A model generated the notes under the pieces. The model made no database searches, had not been told where the DNA came from, and was given only the letters and a program-made list of their open reading frames with translations. From positions 70,928,001-70,992,000 of the forward strand of contig NC_042998.1 in assembly GCF_006345805.1 (NCBI RefSeq): a DNA stretch of 64,000 bases. Direction: 5' to 3'. The translations under genes and the position numbers were made by a program. Below are positions 15,510 to 29,188 of this stretch, piece after piece. Source of the DNA: Octopus sinensis (taxonomy: Eukaryota). How positions within the stretch are numbered: the first letter of the stretch is position 1; the number at the start of each line of letters is the position of its first letter.

Positions 15510-15900
15510 TATGTGTTATCTGTATGTGAAGAAGTAGTTAGGATAAATAATGTACTCGTTGTCCTGTTAAGCTTACCACGTCCGATGAGATGGAGATAAT
15601 ACGTATTATAGTCATTCGTACATGATAATTTATCAGGATGGTATAGTTGTAGAATTACGATGTATGATATCAAGAAGATATGGTTCCTAGATACAGAGCT
15701 GTTGAAATATCCTCAGGTTAGGGATTGGTTATCATCTCAACTTTCAAACTGAGAAAAATACGCATATGATATTTTTCACGCGTATATTTGTAATTGTATT
15801 TGAGTAATAATATTTCAGCTTGAACTTTTTCCAGGCAAATTATTCATAACATATTGAAAATATAATATAATGTATGAACTAACAATAACATTAAATGGAA

Positions 15901-15994
<94 letters not shown>

Positions 15995-15996
15995 AT

Positions 15997-16035
<39 letters not shown>
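15901..16035. repeat. (ATCT)n + (TA)n microsatellite
   Basis: Directly visible. Confidence 0.95.
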
Positions 16036-16038
<3 letters not shown>

Positions 16039-16144
16039 AATATATACATATAAGTATATATACGCATATATGTAGATATATACATATACAGCTTTCTCAA
16101 TTGCCCCTCTCTCTTCATGCATATATGAATAATATATATATATA

Positions 16145-16338
16145 TTCTTTTACTTGTTTCAGTCATTTGACTGTAGCCATGCTGGAGCTCCGCCTTTTGT
16201 CGAACAAATCGACCCCAGGACTTATTCTTTGTAAGCCTAGTGCTTATTCTATCAGTCTCTTTTGCCAAACTGCTAAGTTACGTGGACGTAAACCCACCAA
16301 CATCGGTTTCAAGCGATGGTGGGGTAATAAACAGACAC

Positions 16339-16379
<41 letters not shown>

Positions 16380-16542
16380 CGCACGATGGGCTTCTTTCAG
16401 TTTCCGTCTACGAAATCCACTCACAAGGGTTTGGTTGGCCCGCCGCTATAGTAGATGGCAGTTGCTAAAGGTGCCACGCAGTGGGACTTAACCCGGAACC
16501 ATGTTGTTGGGAAAGAAGCTTCTTACTACACAGCCACTCCTG
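16145..16542 (-). mobile_element. tRNA-derived SINE, family 1 (two halves separated by an internal TA/TG microsatellite)
   Basis: Head caggagtggctgtgtagtaag...ggttccgggttaagtcccactg; tail ...gactgaaacaagtaaaaga; further copies at 42320-42890, 47078-47280, 58660-58957. Confidence 0.8.
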
Positions 16543-16785
16543 TGACTATATACATACATGCATACATTCTGAACTAATTGTTACTTTCTCAGATGCAGCA
16601 CGGAATTTTGTCAGTGAACAGGTCTGTGTTTCGAAGTCACGAAAGTATTTTGACAAATTAAATTTAAACGTTGAAGTGAATCTAACGGTTTTTGTGTTTT
16701 TAAATGGCTTATAAACCCCTTCCACGCTGTAATTCTTAATATAATTAAGATTCCGTTGAATTAGGTACATAAATTGAGGCACCAT

Positions 16786-17202
16786 ACTTATACAAAAAGT
16801 TTTTTTTATATATAATTATAACAATAAGGCTTTTGCAACAAGTTGCTTGACCACATACCAAAAATTTAGAAATTTTAGTCAGAAATATAAGGGGTAAGTT
16901 TTCTTAGCATTTCTAGATTTATTTATCGAGATATTATGTCGATGAAGGAGATGAATCTTATGATTCTAATCCACAAACGTACGTCCATAATTAATCGAAG
17001 ACCTTTTGATTTCATTATTTTTCTTCTTTTTTTTTGTCATGTGTGAGTTACAAATACTGTTGTCTGTGGAGACATATTTTTGTAGAAAAAGGAAATAGTA
17101 GTCCTTTGGCTGCTATTTCTAAAATTTTCGGTATGTGGTCAAGCAACTTGTTGCAAAACCCTTATTGTTATAATTATATATGAAAAAACTTTTTGTATAA
17201 GT
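16786..17202. mobile_element. MITE-like element with ~85-bp imperfect TIRs
   Basis: acttatacaaaaag...gaccacatacc vs ggtatgtggtc...ctttttgtataagt; internal segment duplicated at ~17453-17630. Confidence 0.65.
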
Positions 17203-18741
17203 TTTCACCAAATATGGTCCTTTTCCATACCGAAAACTACTAGGTGAAATTTGTTGATTTTATTAAATTAATTATCTTTCACCCTATATTTGTAATGATT
17301 ATTTCACTCCCCTATGACAAAACTACGAATCTTTTTTCGGCAGTACTATTTTGTAACTCACATGATAGAAAAATTTGGAGGGAAATACGAATTCACTCGT
17401 CTATATAAATGTGGATATGCTTATTAGCTTTTATATGTTCTGATGACGCTTGGTCAGAAATATAAGGGGTAAGTTTTCCTAGCATTTCTAGATTTATTTA
17501 TCGGAATATTATGTCGATGAAGTAAATGAATCTTATGATTCTAATCCAGAAACGTACGTCCATAATTAATCGAAGACATTTTTTGTAGAAAAAGGAAATA
17601 ATAGTCCTTTGGCTGCTATTTCTAAAATTGTTATATATATATTCGAAACGCGGAGTAGACGAAACAGGGACAGCTGAAGAAGGGGAATATTCCTCGTGTT
17701 GAATGTCTTGTACTCTGTTTTCTCGTTGTTTGAAAAAAAAGTTCGTTTCTATGTTTTTGTTTTTATGTTTTCGTTTCTCATTGTGTTCAACGTTTTTAGA
17801 TGTCCTGTACCCACATATGCATGTATATATATACATACAGACTATTTATATTATTATATACGTATATGTAGATTCACGTACATGCATCTATATGTATTTA
17901 TATGTTTATACATACTACGATATCTTAGAAAAAGGTGTAGGAGGGCAAAGAAGCCTGATCGACTTGGTTTATTTATTTCTTTCGTTCTGACTTGCTATCT
18001 GCCCTCCTCTCACCTCTAGTCTTATAGGACATTTTATTTTCTTCTGCGCTAGCAATATTCGTTTGTCTGGCAGCCGTACGGTCCTTTTGTTGTATATGTA
18101 TAATTATCATAATTATTTTATTTTGTCGTGTTTGCTTTCGTCTTTGTCATGTATGTTCATTAGCTATTCCAAGTTGCTTTTTAATACTGGCGCCACCGTA
18201 AGCAAACAGACGCAACGATTAAGGACGCGAAATTGTAAGGGTGTTATGTATGTAACTGTTGAAGAAACAGACAGTAGCGAAAGTATATTCTGTGTCACTT
18301 AAATGGCCATGTGCCACTAAAGGCCAAGACATCAAATAATGTGTAAAACATAAATTAAAGTAAGAAACGAAAGTCATTCCTTGCCTTAATATAAAACCAC
18401 GTATTTCCACTGTGGGTACTGGGGATTGTTTACAGTATAATTCGCCGGTACATATTTTATTGACCTTAGTAATATAGAAGGCAAAGTCAACTTCGACGGG
18501 TTTCGAAACCGGAGCTTAATAAGACTAGCTAAATGAAAATAAAGCATTACATTCGATAGTCTCTGAATTGTGATATACATTGCAGAGGGGGAAAATAACA
18601 ATTGTAATATAAATGCATGTATACAAACAGGTATATGGGCACGCGTATGTGTGTGTATATATGTATATATACACGTCTCGTTCTATGTGTATGTGTCTGT
18701 GCCTGTACATACATACATATGTGTGTAGATATGTATGTATA

Positions 18742-18784
<43 letters not shown>

Positions 18785-18868
18785 TATATATATGTACATA
18801 TATATGTATATATATATATATATATACGCATGCGTATGTATATGCGTGTGTATATGTACGTATGTAAG

Positions 18869-18900
<32 letters not shown>

Positions 18901-19377
18901 TGCCTGTGTGTATCTGTGTGTATGCATCTATGTGCGTGTGTATATGTACGTATGTAAGTATATATATATATATATATATATATATGCCTGCCTGTGTGTA
19001 TCTGTGTGTATGCGTCTATGTGTGTGTGTATAAAAGTATTGAGAGTAAAGACTTAGGAAATAATAGCCGTATGAATGCCATACTAATTTCTGCTCAGTAA
19101 CGAAAGACCATCGACCTAAAATAGAAGCAGCCCAGCAGAAGTTCTATTAAAGACTCCGTAAAAGAAAGTAGCCAAATCTATGCCTATTGACGTATAACAG
19201 TTAAAGAATGTTCTTAATGTAACCAATTGCCATTCTCTGACTGGTATATAATGGAAAGCATTAACACAATGAATATTGCATTGCTGCTACGATAATGAAG
19301 CGAGCTGCATATTTTTCTTAACCATTCGCTTTAAACCAGTTTTGTGTATAGAAAGAATATGGTTCTTGCGCGCACGT

Positions 19378-19428
<51 letters not shown>

Positions 19429-19804
19429 TACACACACACACTCATACATATACACACGCATGCATACATTGATACAAAAAGGACCCCAAAACGTGTACAT
19501 TATACAGCTAATATAGTAATAACAGTTGTTTAGTGAAACGATGAGTTATAAGAGAAATCAGCGGGGTATTTTCCAATTTCATTAAGTTTTTGTTGGGATA
19601 TGACGGCAGGGTTTCAGATAAAACGAAGGGAAAATATAACAATGGGTCAAGAAATAGAAAATAAGCAGAATAAGCAATATAATCACTCCTCTCCCACTAA
19701 CGGCACCAACGCCGCCGCCGCTACAATCACCACCACCACCACCACCACCGCTGATAACAAAAATACCAATAACCCCAACACTACCACGACCATTACAAAA
19801 TCAC

Positions 19805-19841
<37 letters not shown>

Positions 19842-20384
19842 GAATGAGAGAGCAGTGCATGCCATCAAATGACGCTGGGGTAAAATATACAAAGCCCTGT
19901 ATACCCATCATAATTACCCATCTGACTAGTGTCTATCAGGCACACGCATTTCAACCATATGTTCGCGATATGGTAATCTTATATCGAGATAAGCAGCCCA
20001 TGACCTTGCAGGTGGGGCCTATTTAGAATTTTCTTCATGTCAGTAGCCCATCCCGCTTAAATGGTCCTTGAATAAGGGTTGCTTAAGGATTTTGAATGAA
20101 ACACCCATGTTTCCAGAGGTGAATTATTCAAACCTCAAAGAATCCCTCTCAACACACGGTTATGATGCCCCCCCACTACTTCTGCTCGTGATCATATCGC
20201 GCACATATCATCAGCCAACAACGCACTTGCTCAACTGGTTAAGGTAAAAAAACTGACGAGCAAATTTGTGGTATTGAGCAGAATATTTGCTGTAGCCCAT
20301 CTTTTATACTAAGACAAAACAATATACATGATAACACTTCTAATCAGTTAAGATATCATCATCATCATCATATCGGGATCGATT

Positions 20385-21975
20385 AAATAAATGCTAGTTG
20401 AGAACTAGGGCCAATGTCATCGACTTGCCCCTTGTCACAAAATCTGAGGCATTGTACTTATCGCGGAAAAGATTACTGTTCATGTAGTGGCGTGGCAGGA
20501 TCGTTATCATGCCGGACAAAATGATTAGCAACATTACTCCTGTTCTTAGCTCACATGCCGCGTTTTACCCTTCAGGAGGCCAGAAAATAAGCCTCAGTTG
20601 AAACTGTGTACGATATAACAAACTTACTCTTTCCTTTAAAGATTACTGTTACGGCTCATTACACTCTACGTGCAAATTCTGCTGAGGTCTCCTCTGCCTC
20701 TCATACTTAGACCGTTGATAAAAGAATTACCAGTTGAGTACTGAGGGCGTGTACCAATGTAAAATGAATTTGAGTTATTAATATGACGACCTGGGAAAAC
20801 CGTTAGCATCTCACACAATGCTTTAGCATTCTTTGCAGCCGTTCAAACTCCGCTGATGTCAGTTTTACCGTTTACCATTTTGTAGATAAAATAAAGTATA
20901 ACTCGAATACTGGAGTCTATGTAATCGAAATGCCGCCTCGCCCTAAAACTGCTGGCCTTGTGCCAACACATAAAAACCATTATTACTATTAATTTCATAT
21001 CGTTCCGTGTCAATATAAATGTGCTTTTTTTTTACTTGTCTAAGTCTAGAATTACAACCAATTTATACTGTTAGATACTATTATTATAATCAGTCTATAC
21101 TGTTGGCTAACATTACAATTATTATTACTAAGGCGGCGAGCCGACGAATTGCTTACTGGTATTTCGCCCGTCGCTACGTTCTGAGTTCAAATTCCGGCGA
21201 GGTCGGATTTACCGTTCATCCTTTCGGTGTTGATAAAGTAAGTACCAGTTGAGTACTGGGGTCGATGTAATCGACTATCCCCCTCCTCCAAATTTCAGGC
21301 CTTGTGCCTATAATAGAAAAGATTACTATTAAGGTGGCAAGCTGGCAGAATCGTTAGCCCGGTGGACGAAATGTTTTCGCCAATCGTTACATTCTGAGTT
21401 CAAATTCCACCGAGGTCGACATTGCTTTCATCCTTTCGGAGTCAATAAAATAAATACTAGTTGAACACAAGGGTCGATGTAAATGACATATCGCCTCCCC
21501 CAGAATCGTTGTCCTTGTGGCAAAGTTTGAAACATTATTATTTTTAGTAAGGCGGCGAACTGGCAGAATCGTTAGCACACCATGCAAAATGCTTAGCCGC
21601 ATTTCGTCTGCCCTTACGTTCAGAGCTCAAATACCGCCGAGGTCGACTTTACCCTTTTACCTGTTGATCGTTGATGTCGATCGACTTATCCTTACCACAA
21701 AACTACTTATCGACTTATCCCTACCACAAAACTACCGGCCAAAATTTAAAAACATCATTATTGTTACTAAGGTTGTGAACTATCAGAACAGTAAGCACGC
21801 CAGGCAAAATACTTAGCGGCATTTCGTCCGTCTTTACGGTCTGAGTTCAAATGCCATTTGCCTTTCACCCTTTCGGTGTCGATAAAATAGATACCAGTTA
21901 AACACTGGAATCAATGAAATCGACTTATTCCTTCCCCGAAATTGCTGACATTGAGCCAAAATTTGTAACCAACAT
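20385..21975 (+). mobile_element. Head-to-tail cluster of ~7-8 tRNA-derived SINE family 2 copies
   Basis: Repeated ~200-bp unit ggcggcgagctggcagaatcgttagc...ctgagttcaaat...gtcgatgtaatcgac...(att)n at 21130, 21331, 21548 and 21768, plus older copies upstream. Confidence 0.8.
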
Positions 21976-24900
21976 TATAATTGTTCCCCCTCCTCCTCCT
22001 CCTACTGCTGTTGCTTATATGCCGCTGTTGTCATAGCGTTCCTGCTGCACTTACAATTGTTTGCTTGTAAAGGTATACTATTTTTCATAAACTTGAGTGC
22101 TATATAATGGATATTAGTTATATTCCCTTGACACAGAAATGTAGAATAACACCTTCACTTTCTGATACATATCGTCAACATTTTTAGTTCATCCCTTGTA
22201 CATTACCTACACTGTGGAGTTTTAGATAAGGTACAGTTTAATTTAGTCGGATTATTTTTTACACCCTAGAGGAATTTCTGCCCAAAATATACAATTGTTT
22301 CATTTCTCTAATATCTTGACGCTTATATGTTAGAATGGAATTTCATTTTCATACCCACGCTATGTATTTTTCCAGATCCAATCAATAAATGTTTCATTTC
22401 CTTCCTACATGTTAAAATATGCATCTATGTTCAGGACTTTAGAGTATCAGTTATAGTCATTTGTATGCAGCACGCATACATGGACAGTGTTTCTCCTATA
22501 CACACACAAATGTCATAGAATGGGAACCTCTACAAGAAATATTGTTATCTGTCTGGCAGGATTTTCTTGTTTGTGTGCCATTTTTAACTATCAAAGCATT
22601 TTCCTGCTAAAAATATCATTTCTGTCCTGCTATCTGGATTTTTAACATTGCTAAAAGGACATACCTCAAAAGTAGGGGACAACAGCAAACAGAATCGACT
22701 TCGGAGAAGTGAAAGGCAATTTAAGCCGCGCTGCGATTTGAACTCGAGAAATATGCTGTACAGTATTCATTCCTTTGTTCGACCATTTATGTTAATCCCC
22801 GTTTCTGGTAACATATTGATTTATTCTTACTCAGTATGTGTGCAAAAATAGCTGTGAATTCTCTATAGACTACAGACAGAGAACTATGATATTGTATTCG
22901 CTTTATTGCTATTTTTTTTTGAGTCATGAGAATTATGGTTGCTAAAGAGTTTTGGTCTTTTATCTCTTTTTCTCCATTATATTACTATATGAAATGAGAA
23001 TTTTGTCAATGCTGTTGAAACTATGAATCAGCTTTGCTTTCTCAGAATAGTGAAAGTGTGTTAAGGTTCGTTTTTTTTTTTCCTAGCATAGTTTCAGTGT
23101 TTTGCCGATTTTGCTTACTTTAGATATTGCTATGTTTATAATTCTGTTTTTAACTTTTATCTTTCCTATACAATATGATGTGGTATGAAGCTTTCCCTTC
23201 TCCATTTTTTTTTTACTATTTGGTTCTTGTTTGTTATTATAATTATACTATTTCTACGTCTGATGCATTTTATAATTTAAATAGTGTTTCTGTTTACATT
23301 GTTTCACTTGTTGGAGTCTAAATATGACATTTCCTACAGATACATCTGTGTTTTTCCCTCAAATAAATATATGTGTTTCATATTTATGTCGTTTTGAAAA
23401 CAATATTAGTCTGGGAAGACTAAAATAAGAAGTGGGGGTTACAGTTGTGGTGAAACATTAAGTAATTGCATACCCACGACGTACTATACAGCCAACCTCA
23501 GACGGCTTTATATGAAATACAAATCAACCTTTTAACCTTAGCTTCAATAATAGTTTTTTACTTTCAATTCTTTCAACTCAGTCATATATTTGAAGTTAAT
23601 GTTTTGAGATGATTTAATCTGTGCTTCGTTAACGAGTCAGAAACTCTGTGTTTATACTTCGTCACTAGACGTTAACAAGTGTAAATATTACTAATACTGA
23701 CAAGATTTTTACTTGAGAACTATTCTAATTGTGGTTTTATCAAGGTTTTCGACAATGTTTTTGTTTTCTAGTTTAACTCTTGTTTTCATGATGTTAATTT
23801 ATATTTATGATGCAGCACCATTTGATGATAGTATTTACCACTGTTTGTTGTTGTTGCTACAGTTGTTGTTGGTATTGATTTCGTTTTACTAGAAAAGAGG
23901 TATAGTCGATAAAATAAACGCACCAAAACGAAATAACGATCAGTAGGTGGAGCAAAACAACAACAACAACAACAACGGTAACAACACTAATGATTTCTTG
24001 TACTGGATGAAAGTCACACATTTTGTAGAAAGCTCGAGTCATTTTTGTAATTACAGTAGATCTTCCTTTTTATTTTTATTCTGGGTTGATAAAATGACTT
24101 CCATGATGGCCATAAGTTCGTTCAATCAGTATCTTACTGATTTTATCGGTGTTGGATGATAAAAATTTTAGTATACTTCAGCATAGAATCAAATTAGAGC
24201 AAACCAAATATGGTGATGGGTCAGGTTGCTTCTCTTTTGTACGTGGGTGATATATTTTCCCATAATTTCTATTCATTCCACTATAATCAAAGCAATGGTA
24301 TAATGTAGATTTTATTGTGCTTTTCTAAATCACTTAAAAAAGTGATAGAAATGCTAGAAATAGCAGCAGCCAAAATTCTCTAAATTCATCTCTACTGTTT
24401 TAGGAGAGAGAATTCTACATAATATATCCTGATAAAAATAACAGCTAAGTTGCTCTGAGACCACATATTTGCTATCTTATATAAAGAAAGAATATATTTG
24501 ATAATCTAGTCCCAGACACCACTGTAAATCAACGAAACAGGCACAGCTACAATGCCAGCAGTTTTTTGACTCGTTAATGTATCGCATAAATCTCGTAATG
24601 ATGCTCCACTTGATGGTTGTGATATATTGCTGTTCTGAAGGTTACAGTTATAGCTTTGTGCTTCAAGTTTTGAACTTTTCTTCTTGTCTACGTGCTGGAA
24701 AGAAGATTGGTGGTTGGCGTAATTTTGAAGTTATCTTCAGACAGCCCAATATATTTTCTCTTGCGGTTCCCTTATTTCGTCGGAGATAGATGGCCGTGGT
24801 TCTGCAGACATCGCTGTTAAAAATGCATACATGCTCTAAGAGACAAGTATTTCGAGTGGATATTTTATGTCGTTTACTTGAAATGATACACAAATTTAGT

Positions 24901-25084
24901 TCAGATTCCACCGAGATCGACTTTGCTTTTCTCAATCGACTGGAGCTATATGAGCCCCGGTTTCGATTTCTTAGTCATATCTACTTTTTAAAATTGCTGT
25001 CTTTGAGCCAAAATTTGAATTCATCATCGTGTTCATCATCTGATGCTAATAATAATTATTATAATAGTCATTTCTACTATAGGC

Positions 25085-25296
25085 ACAATGCCTGAAATTG
25101 GGGCAGGGGAATAGTCGATTATATCGACTCCAGTCGATACCAGTCGACTGGTACCTTTTCCTCGACCCCGAAAAGATGAAAGGCAAAAGAGACCTTGGTG
25201 GAATATGAACTCAGTACGTAAAGACGGACGAAATAACGCGAAGCATTTTTTCCGGCATGCTAACGATTCTATCATCTCGCCGCCCAAACAATAAGA

Positions 25297-25363
<67 letters not shown>

Positions 25364-25548
25364 ATAATTATAATGGCTTCAAATTTTGCCACAAGGGCAG
25401 CAGTTTTGGGGGAGAGGATGAATCGATTACACTGAAGCCGGTGTTCAGCTAGTACTTTTTTTTAACGCCCCCGAAATGATGAAAGGGAAAGTTGACCTCG
25501 GTGGAATTTGAACTCAGAACTTAGCGACGGGTGAAATGCTGCTAAGCC
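25085..25548 (-). mobile_element. Two SINE family 2 copies separated by a (CTA)n(ATA)n tail
   Basis: Reverse complement of the family 2 consensus; the copy at ~25375-25548 truncates Gag-like unit E. Confidence 0.75.
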
Positions 25549-27159
25549 CACTCGACTCCCGAAGTCGAGTGGTTGCATTTAGACGTTATTTTCTGAACAG
25601 TTTTTTTTTCCTTTTAAAGGTTCACATCTACATTTTTAAATATTCATATTTTACAATATTTTAAAATCTTCAAGAGTTTATGTTGAATAATCGGTGGGAA
25701 GGTATCAAACCCCATCGGTCCGCCAATTGAAATTATATACTTTGCATGTTTTTATAAACGTGTTGTATCTGTCTTCGTTCAATAATACACACTTTTATCC
25801 ATCCGTGAAATCCTCCATGGGTAGTTTCCTCCTTATTAAACCCTTCCACTTGCAAATCCTCTTTTCCACGTCCACATTCTTACCGTAGTAAACTACAAAT
25901 GCCTTATTTTTCCAAACCTGCTGTTTCAGTCCCTTCTGCCGATTCCCACTCCTTTTGTCCTGTTTCAATCGTCTGCATGTTTTTAAATATAGGCAGTTCC
26001 TTACCTTCTTAGAGCGTCTGATCCGGTTCGGCTGCTGGTCTTTCAGAGTTTACCTTTGTTGTCACCTTTTTCCTCTTTTTGGGGATGACAAACCCGTCAC
26101 TCCCCTTACTTGTCACTTTCGTTCTGCCTTTCTTTGACTCCACCTCTTCCGTATCCCTGGATACGGAAGAGGTGTCACTTGGTACTTTGGTCTCAACTGC
26201 TTCTAGGTCACTCTCCACAGCTTTCTCATTCTGAGGATGCTTGTACTTGGGGCACTGCGTCTTCATATGGTTTCTTATTCCACACTCATAGCAATTTGGT
26301 CTTCGTCCCTCAAAAATCCCGGAATCTCTATCTGGTAGGGGTCACTTTCGATGTCCTTGAAAGTGTCTAAAAGACACATCTCGACCCCGTGCCTCCACCA
26401 GTTCAACTTGATCGCTTTTCCCACTGACACTATTTCGAAATACTCCTCGGTGGTAGCCATAACAGCTGCTACCAACCTCTCTGGCTTTATTTCTGGTTGC
26501 ACCCTTCCAATACGAATGCGTACACTTCGGCTTCCCCTGTATGTGGGCAATAGCGTCATCTTTTCACTGCATAAAATAGTATGGAATGTGAGGCAACCTC
26601 TTCTTTTTCGCAAACCTCATTACCACCGTATCATATTTTTTCATCGGCTAACGTAAGTTGCCGTTTTCAAAAGGGATTCCAAACATGCCTCCACGTCACC
26701 CTTCCATAGATTCTCAGTTTTATTGGTGGCGACCGCTTGCGTGCGGTACACCACCGTCCTATCACTCTTATCCTCGGCCGTTTCTGCTGGAGGTACTAGC
26801 TTTATTGTGTCTCTCTCCTTTCGTATATATTGTTCACTCCTTCATATTTCCTCCTTATTCACTATTATCTGTTTTAGGTCCAACGACAGAGCTGCTCCTA
26901 CTGCAGCGATTTTTGCGTAGAAATCACCGTTTTCCATATTGAAAAACGAACTTTTCATCCTCACAATGAGAAGAAAACAGCAAAAAACTCACGCGCGAGT
27001 CGCTCAACGATAATCTTCAACAGTGATACACAACAAATTCTTCAACATCGGACAGTCTCGAAGAGAAAGCCTTCAACATGCAACAACAATCCAAAACCGT
27101 AGTCAAGAATGACGAACCTCAGAACCCAAACAAACAAGTTGTTAGTCTGCAACACCAAC
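25549..27159 (-). pseudogene. Gag/ORF1-like unit E (subfamily 2), decayed
   Basis: ATG at 26937 (MENGDFYAKIAA...); LLPTYRGSRSVRIRIGRVQPEI; knuckle CYECGIRNHMKTQC at 26252-26293; FVIPKKRKKV; C-terminal GFDTFPPII; stops and frameshifts. Confidence 0.75.
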
Positions 27160-27466
27160 GCCCTAATCTTTCTGTTACCCACCAAGTGGCGAACACAGAG
27201 GGGACAATACATCACATGTGGAGACACAAAGCATGGAAAAAATAAGAGAACGTATAAAAAACATGTAATGACAAGATGAAAATGAAAAATGTAATGAAGC
27301 CACTCGGTCCCACCTCTGAGCAGCTTTCATTTATACCTTTAATTCCTTTTATATCCTGTTCCCTACAAAATATCTATCCCGTGTTCTTTCAACATTTCCT
27401 CAAAAGTCACTAAGCCTGGCATTCCATTCCATTCCTATCCAGTTTCATCTCTGAGACGACAGCAAT
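27160..27466 (-). mobile_element. 3' remnant (unit X) of a further Gag-like unit
   Basis: Hairpin, pyrimidine tract and ...aacagaaagattagggc|gttggtgttg junction colinear with the other unit ends. Confidence 0.5.
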
Positions 27467-29188
27467 ATCCTGATTTCTTTTATTAGGTGCAAGGCCTCGA
27501 TAAAGATGGGACAACAAAAAAACAGACAAAACAATACAATGGGGTGCATAAAAACATATCGAATGAAATATGGGTACAATGAAAAATGAGGATGGAATAA
27601 CTTACCTGCCCCCCCCCCATAAGCAGGTAGTTTCACTTTACTGTTTTTAAATTAAGTTTTACTTAACAGTCCAATATCCTGTCTTGCATTTGTTGGTTTT
27701 CCTTTTTTTTCTAAGAAAGCAAAGTCACTAATTACACCATATATTCCAATATATTTTCGAATGCCACCACCGGCGGCAACTCATCGTAACGAAACTGTAT
27801 ATTGTCACATCTATTCTTTCCCCAAACAACTCCTTAAATCTTTCTAATCTTTCTCTTTCCAGCAGGATAGCTTTCATACCTTCATTGTACTCCTTGGGCG
27901 CCAATTTAATTCTAATTACGTTCTTTATCTTTGCAATCTTTTTTTCTATCTCTTCACTTTTTCTGTATTAAATCATATGTCTTAGATTTTTCCCTTTTGG
28001 TGTCACTCTTTGTTTTCTTTTACCAATCTCTTCTTCTGTTACTGGTATTCCTATCTCTGTATGTCTCATTCTCTCCTTCATTTTCCTTTTTTTTTCTTCT
28101 GTACTCTCTCCTGCTTGCTTGACCTTTCTTTTTTTTTTCTCTGCTCGTTCGTTTTTTCATGTTTTCCACTCTGCATCTCCTCTCCACTTGCCTTTCTTTT
28201 CTTCCTAAGACTCTTTGGTGGTGAGTTTGTGTTATTTCTTTCCTCTTTACCACTGTATACTGCTCTTCCATTTTTCCTCCTCTACGGTTAAACCCCTATT
28301 CTTCTTGATGTCCCTTCTCTATCTCCTCCTCTTCGTGTTTCTGGGGACACATGGCTTACAGATAGCATACAGGAGGTCTTCCTCTCACCACAATTCTCAA
28401 CCTCGTCTCGTCCGGTAGTATCAATTCTTCTGCAATTTTGCGGAGGTCTTATAAGCTTATATGAACCGATACCTCCGGTACATACCCACTCAGTTCACCT
28501 CCGTAGTTCTCTGTGTTATAAAGAATGGCCACGCCACGTAATGTCTGGGGGCACTCTACAATCCTTACTCTGGCCGCACGTTTGTCACAGTAGATTGGTA
28601 GTAGCAGCCCCTCAGTTGATCTCAAAGGCACAGTGGAGTGTTTTATCGTTTCTTCCTCACTCACGAAGCGTACCTCCACTGTGCTATATTACTTTTCTCT
28701 GGTGTAAAATGTTGTTAGCTCTTAAACTTCTTTTAAGCATTCTGCAACCGCCTCCACTCCTGCTATTTCCACTTTTATTGTTGTAAGGGACAACGTTCTA
28801 TATATTATTGTTTGTTTTTTCTCTGTTTATTTTCTACGACTTCTTTAGGCGGAGTCAGCCTCAGTCTCTCTCCTTCCTTTCTCACAAATTCGTTATACTT
28901 TTTGAAATTAGTTTCGTTTAGTTCAATTTCTCTAACTTGTAGTATATATGCTGTTAAACTCTTGCCAGTTACTGCACCGTGACTGCCTGCTAGTACTTGT
29001 TTTCTTTCGATAATATTATCTACAACTTCACCCATAAATGGGGAAGAAAAATTAAAATTCGAGCAACAATTCAGTAATATAACACTTTAACAATAACAAT
29101 GTAACATTAACAGACTCACGTGGAGCGAATACACATCAACTAAAACAGGAGTAAAATGACTCGGCACAACATTAAGGACAACACAACC
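27467..29188 (-). pseudogene. Gag/ORF1-like unit D (subfamily 1), decayed
   Basis: QVREIELNETNFKKYNEFVRKEGERLRLTPPKEVVE; EVRFVSEEE; GRPPVCYL with knuckle partly deleted; C-terminal GMKAILLERER...FRYDELPP...MV* (stop 27732-27734); 3' UTR with AATAAA. Confidence 0.75.

Noticed and set aside
24480-24830. Minus-strand acceptor plus ATG frame (MSAEPRPS...)
   Set aside because: In-frame stops after 24 codons and no recognisable homology
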